Assembly (NCBI GenBank): GCA_951406725.2
Contig: OX597835.1
Location: 25,482,001-25,546,000 of the forward strand
Direction: 5' to 3'
From: Octopus vulgaris
Taxonomy: Eukaryota
Length of the DNA stretch: 64,000 bases
Below are positions 1-28,159 of this stretch, in pieces. A program made the position numbers and the translations under genes. The notes beneath the pieces are model-generated. The model was not told where the DNA came from. It saw only the letters and a list, made by a program, of their open reading frames with translations, and searched no databases. The first letter of the stretch is position 1. Each line of letters begins with the position of its first letter.

Positions 1-200
1 GGCCCGAAATTTTTAGGGAGGTGGGGGGGCAGTCGATTAGATTGACCCCAGTTTTCAACTGGTACTTAATTTATCGACCCTGAAAGGATGAAAGGCAAAG
101 TTGACCTCGGTGGAATTTGAACACAGAACGTAAAGACAGATGAAATACCCTAAGCATTTCACCCGGCGTGCTTATGTTGCTGCCAGCTCGCCACCTTCTA
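1..200 (-). mobile_element. tRNA-derived SINE with Nin-like domain (family C); other copies at 4800-5010, 6160-6552, 11665-11892, 24195-24655, 55787-55985, 56572-56803
   Basis: Recurrent core gactttgcctttcatcctttcggggtcgataaattaagtaccag and B-box-like gagttcaaattcc. Confidence 0.75.
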
Positions 201-414
201 AATGAAATCTGGTGCTTCACGGGTACTCTAAAATTAATCCTGGCATGATTTGAACTCAAAACACAGAATGGTACAATAACATCCATACCCCTCTTGAAGG
301 TTTATAAAAGGAAAGATTTGATGATCTGGGGGATGTTATTTCAAACAAAATAATAATAATAATAATCAGAAGCCAGTATGAAAATGGCTGCTCATTCATG
401 CTTGAGCTTGGCTA

Positions 415-16178
<15,764 letters not shown>

Positions 16179-16457
16179 CTTTTACAGAATTGTTCAACGT
16201 TCAACAAAAGAGAAGAAAATAATATTTTGGAAAGGGAGACAATCGTTTGGCTAATTGTTTTGGAAGATATCAGCGGATGCATAGAGTTACGGTTCTTGGT
16301 TGAGCTTCTGCTAGAACTCTCGCTCAGAAGAAAATAGGAAAGATTGTATTATTTCCAGTGTGCGTGCGTGTGTGTGTGTGTGCCTGTGTGTGTGCGTGTG
16401 TGTGTGTGTGTGTATTTTATGTTATTTTTTTTTGTTTTCGCCACTGGACTGCGGTCA

Positions 16458-16702
16458 GGTACTACTAGCGAACAGTGGTCCCGGTGCGCGCATACGCACA
16501 GTCGCGCATCTGCGCTAGCTAGACGTAAGTAGTCGATCCTACAACGACTACCTAGCAAAGTAAATAAAACACAAAAACACAAAGTAGATAATTTTTTAAA
16601 CAAAGTAAATAACACAAAGTAAGGATCGACTAGTCATGACTAGCTGGTGCGTATGCGCGACTACACGTGTGCGCACCGGGACTGCTGTTCGCTAGTAGTA
16701 CC
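16458..16702. mobile_element. Mutator-like MITE, copy 2 (upstream of DDX41 ATG)
   Basis: TIRs ggtactactagcgaacag.../...ctgttcgctagtagtacc; perfect 9-bp TSD ctgcggtca at 16449-16457 and 16703-16711. Confidence 0.85.
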
Positions 16703-17199
16703 CTGCGGTCATCCTGGGGCACTGATTTAAAGAGTTTAGTCGAACAAATTTTTTTTCTAAGTCTAGATCTTATTTTACCAATCTCGTAGATCCGAACCGC
16801 TAAGTTTCGGAGATGTAAACAAACCAACAAAGGCTGTCAAGCAGAGTGGTGGTGGGACAAACATGCACCCACACAAACAAGTTTGACCATTTCTTTCTAC
16901 ACAGTTTCATCATCATCGTTTAACGTCCGCCTTCCATGCTGGCATGGGTTGGACGGTTTGACAGGAGCAGGTTAGGCAGTCACTCACGAGGCATTAGTTG
17001 ATCTGGGGTTATAGTAGAAGACATTTGCCCAAAGTGCCACACAAGTGGAACAGAACCTGAAGCCATGTTGTTGTAAATATATAAACATACACATGCACAC
17101 ATATATATATATATATGGATTCAAAATGTGACCGCGTGTGTACCGTTGGCGATTTTTTTTTTCTCTGGCTTCCCTTCTCTGAATCTTTCATTCTCCTAT

Positions 17200-17234
17200 G
17201 TTTCCGACGAAGAGCTCCGCTCGAAACGTTAAAC
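17200..17234 (+). ncRNA. Minimal type I hammerhead ribozyme motif (U4C variant) in a PLE-like end 17127-17311
   Basis: gttt-CCGACGA-a-gag-ctccg-ctc-GAAA-cg-TT-aaac: stem I gttt/aaac, palindromic ACGT stem III. Confidence 0.6.
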
Positions 17235-17586
17235 CCTCCTTCTTTCCTGAGCGTCCAATAATACTATATTTGTTCAACGTGTTTTTTTTGTGCTTTCATG
17301 TTTGGATTAACTATATATATACATACATACACATATACACACATACATACATACACATATATACATCACATTTACTCTTTACTCTTTTACTTGTTTCAGT
17401 CATTTGACTGTGGCCATGCTGGTGCACTGCCTTTAGTGGAGCAAATCTACCCCAGGACTTATTCTTTGTGAGCCTAGTACTTATTCTATTAGTCTCTTTT
17501 GCTGAACCGCTAAGGTACGGGGAGGTAAACACACCAGCATCGATTGCCAAGCAGTGTTGGGGGGACAAACTCAGACACACAAACAT

Positions 17587-17621
<35 letters not shown>

Positions 17622-18346
17622 CACACATACATATATGCAACCGGCTTCTTTCAGTTTCCAGCTACCAAATCCACTCACATTATGTAAAGCATAATATGTT
17701 TATACATCTATGTATATTCTTGTAATTGTTATTTTAGTAAATATATAAATAAGTTGACGTAATATAATGTCTAAAAGTTGATGAACCACCTATTGATCCC
17801 CTCCATTTTCTTATTGCTCTATGTATAATATATATATATATATATCTTTCATCATCTGACACAAGATCACCTCCTCCAATGCCCCTCCCCTCTCAGAATT
17901 CTTTGTCTTGCATGTTACTTGGTGACCCTGCCGGTGCTGGTAACGATGTAAAAAGCATCCAGTCCACACTGAAGTGGTTGGCATTTGGAAGGACATCCGA
18001 CTGTAAAAAACTGTGCCAAAAACTGACCTTGCCTGTGCTGGTGGCATGTAAAAAGTACTCAGTCCACTCAGCACTGAGGTTGGTGTTAGGGAGGGCATCC
18101 AGCCATAAAAGCCATGCCAAAACACAGTAGCCTGGGGTAGTCATCTATCTGTCCAGCTCCTGTTAAACCATTCAGCCCATGCCAACATGGAAGGCGGACA
18201 TTAAATGATGATGGTGATGGCAACGACGATGATGATATATACACAAATACACACACATTTATATATAGCTAAATATCTGTTAAATATATATATATATAAC
18301 TCATACTAGCATGGAAAACGGACATTAAATGGTGATGATGATACAT

Positions 18347-18387
<41 letters not shown>

Positions 18388-18659
18388 CATATATATATAT
18401 AGTGAAGGAGAAAGAGGAAGAGAGAGAGATACGGAAAGAGAAATGGGTTAAATTCTATTTTTATGTTGGATTGAAGTGAAATGAAAAATTGAAAGCAAAA
18501 CATTGCATGTGTATATGTGTGTATGTAGAGAGAAGGGGGAGGAGGAGGGAGGGAAAGAGAGAGAGAGAGTGAAAATGGGAGAGAGACAGGTCAAATCCTA
18601 TTTGACCAGTCATAGCACATACACTGCTATAAGAACATATACATCTGATATAGTATTTA

Positions 18660-18960
18660 TATCTATAAAATTCTGTGTGTGTCTGTGTTTCCTCTATGCA
18701 CAGCCAAACTGCTGGATCAATCTCTACTAAATTTGGCATCAAAATTTTTTATTACTCGGGGAAGGTTCTAGGTGGGGGTCAAATTTTGCCCCTTGCCCAT
18801 ATAGCAACCCTTCCAATTTCTTTTCAGCGGTATAATACCAAATTTGCCATGAAGGTTTTTCATCGCTCGGGCAAGGTTCAGGGGGTTTCAAATTTTGGCC
18901 CTTGCTCATATAGGGGTCTGCAGCCCCCATTATATGATGCTTCTGATTTTTTTTTTACTT
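18660..18960 (+). mobile_element. Non-autonomous Helitron/Helentron-like repeat; similar motif at 30841-30960
   Basis: tctata...gtgtgtctgtgt...gctggatcaatctctactaaatttggcat is a typical motif of such elements. Confidence 0.4.
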
Positions 18961-19504
18961 TTATTTTTTCACTTTTGATAAGACTATGATATTGTTTATA
19001 CTGCATACTTACAACTACTTACAAAAATAGAGATTAATTACTCCATAAGAAAAAATACATATACATACTCACATAAACACTTGAACACACATACACGCAC
19101 ATATGTATATACATGTATGTATATGTGTGTGTGTATTATGTCTGAAAATTGACTTTGAAGTCATTATTGAGCTCTATTGGACATAATAGGAATTCTACGT
19201 AAGGAATAGTTTTAAGTGAGATGTACACTGTATTTGTACAGGAAATAAAATTTGAGAAAAGCTGATGTTCATTGCTAAATATAGCTTTCTTCACACACAC
19301 ACATAGACACAAACTCAAGCACATGCATATCTATCTATCTATCTATCTATGTCTGTCTGTCTAACTATCTATCTATCAATCTCTATCTATCTGCCTGTCT
19401 GTCTATCTATCTATCTGCCTGCCTGTCTGTCTGTCTCTCTGTTTATCTATCTATCTATCTAGCTACCTAGCTACCTACCTACGTAGCTACCTACCTATCT
19501 ACCT

Positions 19505-20141
19505 ATCTGGAAGCGCTATTTTCATCATCCTTGTGGCTATGGCGAAGGAATGTATCTGGTGGACGCGTCTGAAAGGATTGGAGACAAACACTTTCCTCTC
19601 TGGTCAATCTCTCATCAACTTCTTCAAGTACCACTTGAAAAGGAAAGTGAGAGTAGAGAGGCAAGTTTTGTCTAGCGAATGTTTTAAAAAAAGATGGGTG
19701 AATGTAGCAAGAATGGCACGTATGAATGACGAAGCCACCTTGAGCATGATCCTATGAACCCAGAAATTGAAAACAGAGAGTTGCTTATTCGCAAAAAAAA
19801 AAAAAAAAAAAGAAATATAACATGTGACTCCATTGACCGAGGTTACCGTGGTCTTTTCCGTAGGCTTTTCTTTCCACGGGTAAACCTCACCTGTCCTCCC
19901 CTTTACACTTCATATTGACATTTCTGTGATAACGATCCCTATTGATCAATTTCTTTTTTTTTTTTTCCTCTCCGCCTTTTTTTAACCCCCCTTTTTTTGT
20001 CCTCTTTCTCTCCTTTTACGATCCCTTTTGATCGAAACTCCCCCTTCCTTTTTTTTTTTTTTTTTTTAAACCTTCAAAAGAAAAGCTCTACCTTGTAATT
20101 TGTTCTATCTGTGTGCAGCCCTGTGTGGCTAATAAAGAAAC
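19505..20141 (+). mobile_element. Tx1/L1-group LINE 3' end embedded in (TCTA)n
   Basis: ORF FIILVAMAKECIWWTRLKGLETNTFLSG...FKKRW resembles the L1/Tx1 ORF2 C-terminus; T-rich 3' UTR, AATAAA at 20131, (TCTA)n on both sides. Confidence 0.65.
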
Positions 20142-20209
20142 ATATCTATGTATTTATCTATCTATCTATCTATCTACCTACCTATCTATCTATCTATCTA
20201 TCTATGTAT

Positions 20210-20276
<67 letters not shown>

Positions 20277-20281
20277 CCTAC

Positions 20282-20317
<36 letters not shown>

Positions 20318-20625
20318 TTATCTGTTTGTATATACAGAAAGGGGTGTGGAAAAGTTCCTGGTTATAAGGGCATTGTGAAAGGCCAAGCTGGAGGCCCAAT
20401 TTTCCGAGTTCTTTTATAGGGCTTAGAAAAATCGAAGGATCACTGCCATGAATGTGTGAATCTGAAAGGGGGAATATGTTGAATAAAATCGTAACTCATC
20501 TTCCGGTGTTATCTTTTACCCAAAGCCAGGGACTTTTCAGAATGTACATACATACATGCATATACATATACATACATTAAATACATACATACATACATAC
20601 ATATACATATACTTACATACACATA

Positions 20626-21157
20626 CAGGGGTTGGACAAAATAATGGAAACGCCTAGTCTCATATCATCATAATTTTGAAATATCTATAAAACTGTCAAA
20701 CATTTGTTTGTCTTTTGATTTATGATTAGTGTTGCTTAATATGTTTTGCTGAAATTGCTGTTTCTTTTCAGATACCATCAGAGAAAGGTAATTAAAATTC
20801 ATGGAAATGACAGATTTATGGGACTTTCAAAGAGGTCAAATTGTTGGTGCTATTATGGCAGGCACTAGCGTAACGAAAACAGCCAAAATGTTTGGTGTAT
20901 CAAGAAGTACTGTCTCGAAAGTAATGACAGCCCTTGAGAAAGAAGGAAAAAAAACCTCCTCGTCGAAACAAAACTCCGGAAGAAAGCCAAAACTTTCAGA
21001 TAGGGACCATTGAACTCTTACGCAAATTGTTAGAAAGGATCACAATAGTACTGCTCCCAAAATTACTGCAGAGCTTAATGACCACCTCAAGAACCCAGAA
21101 TCCACAAAAACTGTTCACCAGGAGCTGCACAACCACGGATTTCATGGGAGGGCTGTA
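20626..21157 (+). mobile_element. Tc1-like transposon 5' fragment, frameshifted transposase
   Basis: TA-caggggttggacaaaataatggaaac TIR; MTDLWDFQRGQIVGAIMAGTSVTKTAKMFGVSRSTVSKV...SGRKPKLSDRD paired-like HTH. Confidence 0.85.
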
Positions 21158-21182
21158 ACACACACACACACACACATATATA

Positions 21183-21276
<94 letters not shown>

Positions 21277-21417
21277 CAATTAAGATTCAAGTGAGTTCTG
21301 TTGAATTCACATGAATGCGGTACTTAACTTAGATGCACCAGAAATCTATATTGTGTTAACCATAAGATAATGCGGGGTGATTATAAATAAGAAAAAAGCA
21401 ACAAGAATGGATCAATA

Positions 21418-21506
21418 TTTCGGTACAATTGTTTCGTACATAGACAGCTTTATTAAGGCTACAAATATTGCAGTAAATATAAGTGACCCGTACTCATCAG
21501 CCGAAA
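21418..21506 (-). ncRNA. Type I hammerhead ribozyme (minus-strand copy)
   Basis: tttcgg-CTGATGA-gtac...gtac-GAAA-caattg-TA-ccgaaa: complete core, perfect 6-bp stem I, GUA triplet. Confidence 0.8.
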
Positions 21507-21727
21507 AAACATCTGAGTTCTCCAAACATCTAAGGGGGTGATGTTACACTCCTGAAACATTAGGGATAGTTCTATAAAAATAAGATTTAGGTAACAAATA
21601 GACTTCTAAAAGTTCTTTTAGTGTTGCACAGTCCATTTGTTGCCTAAATCTTATTTTTATAGAACTATCCCTAATGTTTCAGGAGTGTAACATCACCCCC
21701 TTAGATGTTTGGAGAACTCAGATGTTT

Positions 21728-21816
21728 TTTCGGCTGATGAGTACGGGTCACTTATATTTACTGCAATATTTGTAGCCTTAATAAAGCTGTCTATGTACGA
21801 AACAATTGTACTGAAA
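21728..21816 (+). ncRNA. Type I hammerhead ribozyme (plus-strand copy)
   Basis: CTGATGA 21734-21740, stem II gtac/gtac, GAAA 21799-21802, palindrome ACAATTGT, predicted cleavage after 21810, stem I tttcgg/ctgaaa with one G-U. Confidence 0.78.
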
Positions 21817-22248
21817 TATTGATCCATTCTTGTTGCTTTTTTCTTATATATATATATACGGTGGGCTTCTTTCAGTTTCCATCTACAAATTCACTCACAA
21901 GGCTTTGGTCAGCCCAAGACTATAGTAAGAGACACTTGCCCAAGGTGCCATACAGTGGGACTGAGCCCGAAACTATGTGGTTGGTAAGCAAGCTACTTAC
22001 CACACAGCCACTGCTGCGCCTCATATATTATCTTGTATTACATTATTATTAGATTGTAAATAAAATGTAAAAATCAGGCAAAGTTGTAATGTCTTTGAGT
22101 AATATATTCTCCTATAAACAATCATACACACCCGTGCCCGTCCTTCTAATTGTTGTTTCTCTTGTCTGCTTTTGTGTCGTCTATCTGTCTGAACGTTTTA
22201 ATGTTCTCTATTGCATTTTTGTTCTTTTTTTATGTTTATATATTTGTA

Positions 22249-22280
<32 letters not shown>

Positions 22281-23895
22281 GCGGTGTATGTATACTCTTG
22301 TGTTCACCTTATAGTAGGTATGTGTCTAAATTTTGTACGACCCTTACTCTATCTTTTATTCTCCCTCTCATTTTTCTTCCTTTTTCTCGTTCCCCCTCTC
22401 TCACATTTCTTGGCCCTTTCTTTAACTCCCACTATTTCTCACTCGTTTATCTCCTCTGTACCTTTCTCTTTGTCTCTGATTTTTTTCTAATCCTTCAATC
22501 CCGCTGCCCCCTACCCATCTCTCCTCTTTCCACATGACCACTGTCCGGCCAGCCCCGATATTTCTTTCTTGGCCTGACTGCCGACGGCCAACACCTCTTA
22601 TGTCCTTCTCCTATGTTCCTGCCTTTGGACTTTCTCTTTATACACGCCAGTTCAAGTTCATTCGTTCTCAGTCGAAAGACACCTGTTGTTATTTCTTGTT
22701 GTTTGTATCTGTAATTGTGTACCATGTTCTCCGTGTTTTTGTTTGGTTGTTTTTTTTGTCTTTGTTGCCATACACATTCACTAGCGTTCATAGGTGCAGA
22801 AGTGGCTGTGTGGTAAGTAGCTTGCTTACCAACCACATGGTTTTGGGTTCAGTCCTACTGTGTGGCATCTTGGGCAAGTGTCTACTGCTATAGCCTCGGG
22901 CCGACCAAAGCCTTGTGAGTGGATTTGGTAGACGGAAACAGAAAGAAGGCTGTCGTATATATGTATATATATATATATATATGTGTGTGTATATGTTTGT
23001 GTGTCTGTGTTTGTCCCCCTAGCATTGCTTGACAACCGATGCTGGTGTGTTTACGTCCCCGTCACTTAGCGGTTTGGCAAAAGAGACTGATAGAATAATT
23101 ACTGGGCTTACAAAGAATAAGTCCTGGGGTCGATTTGCTCGACTAAAGGCGGTGCTCCAGCATGGCTGCAGTCATATGACTGAAACAAGTAAAAGAGTAA
23201 AAGAGAGAGAGAGTTCTTACAAAGGGGTCTAATGCTCATAGCTTAGACTGTTTAGGGGGCGATCAGATCAAACCATCTCAAGTGTAACTGCCCGAAATGG
23301 TAGTGACTTCTGGAACCTGACTGAGGAAAGAAAACCACGAATGACCCGTCTTTTTTTGCCTGTCCTTCTAATTGTTGTTTCTCTTGTGCGTCTTTGTATC
23401 GTCTATCTATCCGAATATTTTAAGGTCCTCTATTGCGTTTTTGTTCCATTTTTATATTTATATATATGTGTGTGTGTGTGTGTATGTGTGTATATGAATG
23501 TATGTCCTTTGTGTCTATGTTTATTCCCCCCCACCACCACCACCACCTGACAGCTGGTGTTGATGTGTTTATGGTGTTGTAACTTAGCAGTCTGGCAAAT
23601 GAGACTGACAGAGTAAGAACCAGGCTGGAAAAAGGAAAATGAGTCCTGGAATCAATTCATTTGACTGAAAATTCTTCAAGGCAGTGCTCCAGCATAGCCA
23701 CAGACTAATGACTGAACGACTGAAACAAGTAAAAGACAATACATACACACACACACGCACACAATGGGCAAAACCAGGAATAGTTTTAGCTTTTCCACTT
23801 AACCAAATAGGATGTAGTTAATCAGCTATTTTATCTTCCATCTGGAGAGCTTTTCAGCTGCTATGCTTATATCAACAATAAAATTTATATGCAAT

Positions 23896-24118
23896 TAACC
23901 CCTTCGTTACCAACCCAGCTGAAACTGCCTCTGGCTCTGTAGTACAATTGTCTTGTTTTCATAAGTTCTGAATTAAAATCTTCCACCAAACCTTAGTCAA
24001 AATTTATGTTCCTAACCCTAGTTTAATGACAACTAATTTTTTTTTTTTACTAATTTCTTTATCATAATTGAAAGAAACACAGAGCATCACAACAGAAATA
24101 TGGTAATAAAAGGGTTAA
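23896..24118. mobile_element. piggyBac-type MITE (second family); reverse copy at about 34628-34855
   Basis: ttaaccccttcgttacc...ggtaataaaagggttaa with TTAA ends. Confidence 0.7.
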
Positions 24119-24986
24119 TAGGATAATGAGGTCTTCTCTTCAGTTTGAAAAACTTTCCCGTCAAGTGATCCAGATGTTGACATTTATTCCTTTTAAGGTG
24201 GTGAGCTGGTAGAATCATTAGCACGCGGGGCGAAATGCTTGGTGGTATTCTGTCTGACTTTAAAGACGGCAAGCTGGCAGAATCGTTAGCATGCCGGGCG
24301 AAATGCTTTGCAGTATTTCGTCTGCGGTTACGTCCTGAGTTCAAATTCCGCCAAGGTTGACTTTGCCTTTCATCCTTTCGGGGTCGATTAAATAAGTACC
24401 AGTTACGCACTGGGGTCGATGTAATCCCTTTGTCTGTCCTTGTTTGTCTCCTCTGTGTTTAGCCCCTTGTGGGTGGGTAGTAAAGAAATAGGTATTTCGT
24501 CTGCAGCTATGTTCTAAGTTCAAATTCCGCCCAGGTCGACTTTGCATTTCATCCTTTCAGGGTTGATAAATTAAGTACCAGTTGTGTAATGGGGTCGATC
24601 TAATTCACTGGCACCCTTCCCAAGAATTTCGGGCTTTGTACCTAGAGTAGAAAAGGATATTTATTCTTCCTGTCTTCTATATTTGCATGGCTGAAGGTGC
24701 ATGGCCAAGTGACTTGGGTGTTGCACTCATGATCGCAAGATCGTAGTTTCAATTCCTGGACTGGGTGGTGCAATGTTCCAAATTACTCAGCTGTAAATAT
24801 GAATAACTCTACAATTGATTTTTTTGCATAATTTAGACAATTTATTCACTGCACCCTTTATATATTATTATCATTTAATATCTACTTTCCACATGAGCAT
24901 GGGTTGGACTATATGTATATATATATATATGTATATACACACACACATATATATGTATATATATCTATTTATCTATTTCTCTCTCC

Positions 24987-25050
<64 letters not shown>

Positions 25051-25269
25051 CAGCAGCAGCAGCATCGTTTAACATCTGTCTTCCATGCGGGCATGGATTG
25101 GACAGCTTGACAGGAGCTAGCAAGCCAAAGGACTATACCAAGCTCCACAGTCTGTTTTGGAATGGTTTTTATGGCTGAATTTCCTAATGCTAACCACTCT
25201 ACACTGACATCTCATTTTAACAGATATATTTACCAAAAATACATAAAAATATCTTGAAATACTAAAGAG

Positions 25270-25972
25270 TAAACTTATTCAATAAAATCACCATTGGCTT
25301 CAACCACAACCTCTAGATGACTTCAGAATCTCCTGCAACTCTTCTGGATGGTCTCCTTGTTTAAGTTGGTGAATACTGCCATAATCCTTGCCTTCAGTTC
25401 ATCTTTGTTGTTACAAGAAGTTTTGTTGGTCTCTCGCTCAGCTGTGCCCCACACATAATAATTAAGGGGGTTGCAGTCTGGGGAGTTATGTGGCCAGATG
25501 TTAGGGGTGATGTGGTTGCAGAAATTGTCTGACAGCCATGACTGGGTTCTCTGCTTGTGGCGTTGTGCAGAGTCCTGTTGCCAGACAGAGAGTCTATCTT
25601 CTTGACCCAGGGCAGAACTACTTTCTCCAGGTACTTGATGTAGGCTTCTGTGTTGAGATTGAGGCCATGTGTGAAGACAAACGGAGGTGTAACATCTCGA
25701 TCACTAGTGATCACTCCAAATACCTCTGCTCTCTCTTCAGATTGACATCAAACACTCTGAAATGTGTATTGGGGCTTCTGGCATGAATGCCAAGCTGTAC
25801 AGAATATCGTTTACAAGTTTCTGGCAGACTGAATCGCGTCATGGTACTGTTTTGTCACAGACAGTGCTCAACTGACCCTACTATACTGTGTAGTCAACAA
25901 AATTAAAAACAAACAATGCACACACGTGAAATTAAAAATGTAAAATGGTGATAATTTATCCATCATACCCTG
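25270..25972 (-). mobile_element. Tc1/mariner superfamily (maT/DD37D-like) transposon remnant with internal deletion
   Basis: Minus frames give FGVITSD.DVTPPFVFTHGL.LNTEAYIKYLEKVVLPW and WPHNSPDCNPLNYYVWG; terminus cagggtatgatggataaattatcacc repeated at about 27000-27030 and 33960-34007. Confidence 0.8.
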
Positions 25973-26026
25973 TGTATATATATGTATGTATGTATGTATA
26001 TAAGTATGTATATATATGTGTGTGTG

Positions 26027-26059
<33 letters not shown>

Positions 26060-27030
26060 ACATATTTATGTATGTGTGTGTGTGTATGTGTGTGCGTGTT
26101 TGTCTGTATTTCTTTGTGTCTGTGTTTGTACCCACCACCGCTTGACAACCGATGCTGGTGTGTTTACATCCCCATCACTTAGCAGTTTGGCAAAAGACAC
26201 CAACATACTAACTACCAAACTTATAAAGAAAATAAGTCCTGGGGTTGATTAGTTCAACTAAAATTCCTGAAGCTGGTACTCCAGCATGGCCATAGTCTAA
26301 TGGCAGAAAGAAGCAAGAGAATAAAAGCTAAAAGGTGGAATCAAAATCTTGAAGCTACGAGATAATGCCTTATTAATCCATTAATCCAAAGCAGTGTGAA
26401 CAATCAAGCGTAACATTTGGCAGATAAATCTGAATGCAAAACAGATAAAGTAAAATAGTTGAATTAATTGATTCCGGTATTTAATTGGCAATTAATTTTG
26501 TCAACTCAGATAAACGAAAGGTTAAAATAATCTTGGCAGAATTTTAAATACCTTGATGTCACTAGGTCATCATTTCTCTCATCCTAGCATCCTTGTACTA
26601 TAAATATATGGAAATAATTCTTTATAATTTTGGCACAAAGCCAGCAAAATTGAGAGGTGGGGTCAGTCGATTACATTGACCTTGGTGTTCAACTGGTACT
26701 TATCAACTTCAAAAAGATGAAAGGCAAAGTCGACCTTGGCGCAATTTGAACTCAGAATGTAAAGATGGATGGACTACCCCTAAGCATTTATCCGGTGTGC
26801 TAATGATTCTACTAGCTCTCTGCCTTAATAATAATAATATTGGTTTTGAATTTTGGTACAAAGCCAACAAATTTGAAGGGAGGAGTAAGTTGATTACATT
26901 GACCCCAGTTTTTGTCACAGAGAGTGCCCAACTGACCCTAGTATACTGTGTAGTCAACAAATCAAAAACAAACAATGCACATGCGTGAAATTAAAAATAA
27001 ATGGTGATGATTTACCCATCACACCCTGTG

Positions 27031-27075
<45 letters not shown>

Positions 27076-27224
27076 CTATTTTATCAACCTTGAAAAGATG
27101 AAAGGCAAAGTTGACCTTGGTGGAATTTGAACTCAGAATATAAAGAGGCGTGAACTAGCCCTAAGCATTTACCCAGTGTGCTAACAATTCTACTAGCTCT
27201 CTGCCTTAATAATAATAATATTAA

Positions 27225-27595
27225 TAACAAGACCACTCAGAGAGCACAAACATCTGCCAAAGCAACACCAACATCTTCTCAATGATTAGCCGGAGATGAT
27301 TTTTAAAATGAGAATATCTGCAATAAACTCGACTGCTTTCATAAACGAGAATACTAAAAATGAACCTGACTGCTCTAAAATATTAAGTAAAAAAGCAGAA
27401 AAAATAATCCAGAATCCTTGTCTAGTATCAGATCGATCCCAAAATCTAATCAGTTTGTGCCAGTCATGAGGCCAAACATCCCTGAAAGTTTCATCTGATT
27501 CCATCCAGCGGTTCTTGAGATATCTTGTCCACAGACAAACAAACAAACAAACATGACTGAAAACAATACCTCCGTCTTCGCTAAGACAGAAGTAA
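27225..27595. mobile_element. DINE-1/HINE-like (Helentron-associated) element
   Basis: gtttcatctgattccatccagcggttcttgagatatc, (ACAA)n, terminal hairpin tacctccgtctt-cgct-aagacagaagta. Confidence 0.5.
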
Positions 27596-27602
27596 TAATA
27601 AT

Positions 27603-27780
27603 AATGAATGTGGGGCTTGAAGGTGAAAACTATACCAGTAATAATTGGAGCATGGGGTGTGATAAAAAAACATGAACAAAATGAAGAAGATATACCTGGA
27701 CTCTCAACACAACATGTTATCTGAAAAATAACCCTGCTAGGAACAGTTCACATCCTACACAAAAGACTATCAATTACGAA
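27603..27780 (+). mobile_element. R4/Dong-like (REL endonuclease) LINE 3' fragment next to (TAA)n
   Basis: Translates MWGLKVKTIPVIIGAWGVIKK...IPGL...KITLLGTVHIL, a typical R4-clade C-terminus; preceded by (TAA)n. Confidence 0.6.
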
Positions 27781-28159
27781 GCACAACTCAAATAAAATAA
27801 TCCACAAGACACCCTCTATGCAGTAAATATATATTAAAAAAACCCCAAAACTAACTACTGCCACAGCATGTAGTCTACAGGAAGTGTACCCCACAAAGAA
27901 CACAACTTGTATTACGCATGACACATAATACAAATGCTTATACTAATACAAAAAACAAAAAACCCTGCAGCCAGACGCCATAACAAGACAAGTGGATGTA
28001 ATACAATACCAGGAAGGGTTTACACTTCCCCAAGAACAACAAAAAAGAACACACAATGCTGCATATAACTCAGTAACATGGAGGTGGAGCAAGTAATGAA
28101 GTAGAAATCCGCCTGAAACTATCAAATGTTGAAGAAGAACAACAGCAATAATAATAATA

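Larger units (their letters stand above)
21272..21847. mobile_element. Fold-back Penelope-like element end in (TA)n: arms 21387-21604 and 21630-21847, tail 21272-21386
   Basis: 218-bp inverted arms with 3 mismatches and a 25-nt loop; each arm contains a hammerhead motif. Confidence 0.8.

Noticed and set aside
23300-23460. Possible hammerhead near cctgactgaggaaagaaaaccacgaatg, with a repeat shared with 22135-22250
   Set aside because: Core spacing and GAAA are not met and stems I and III could not be built; left as an unclassified repeat.
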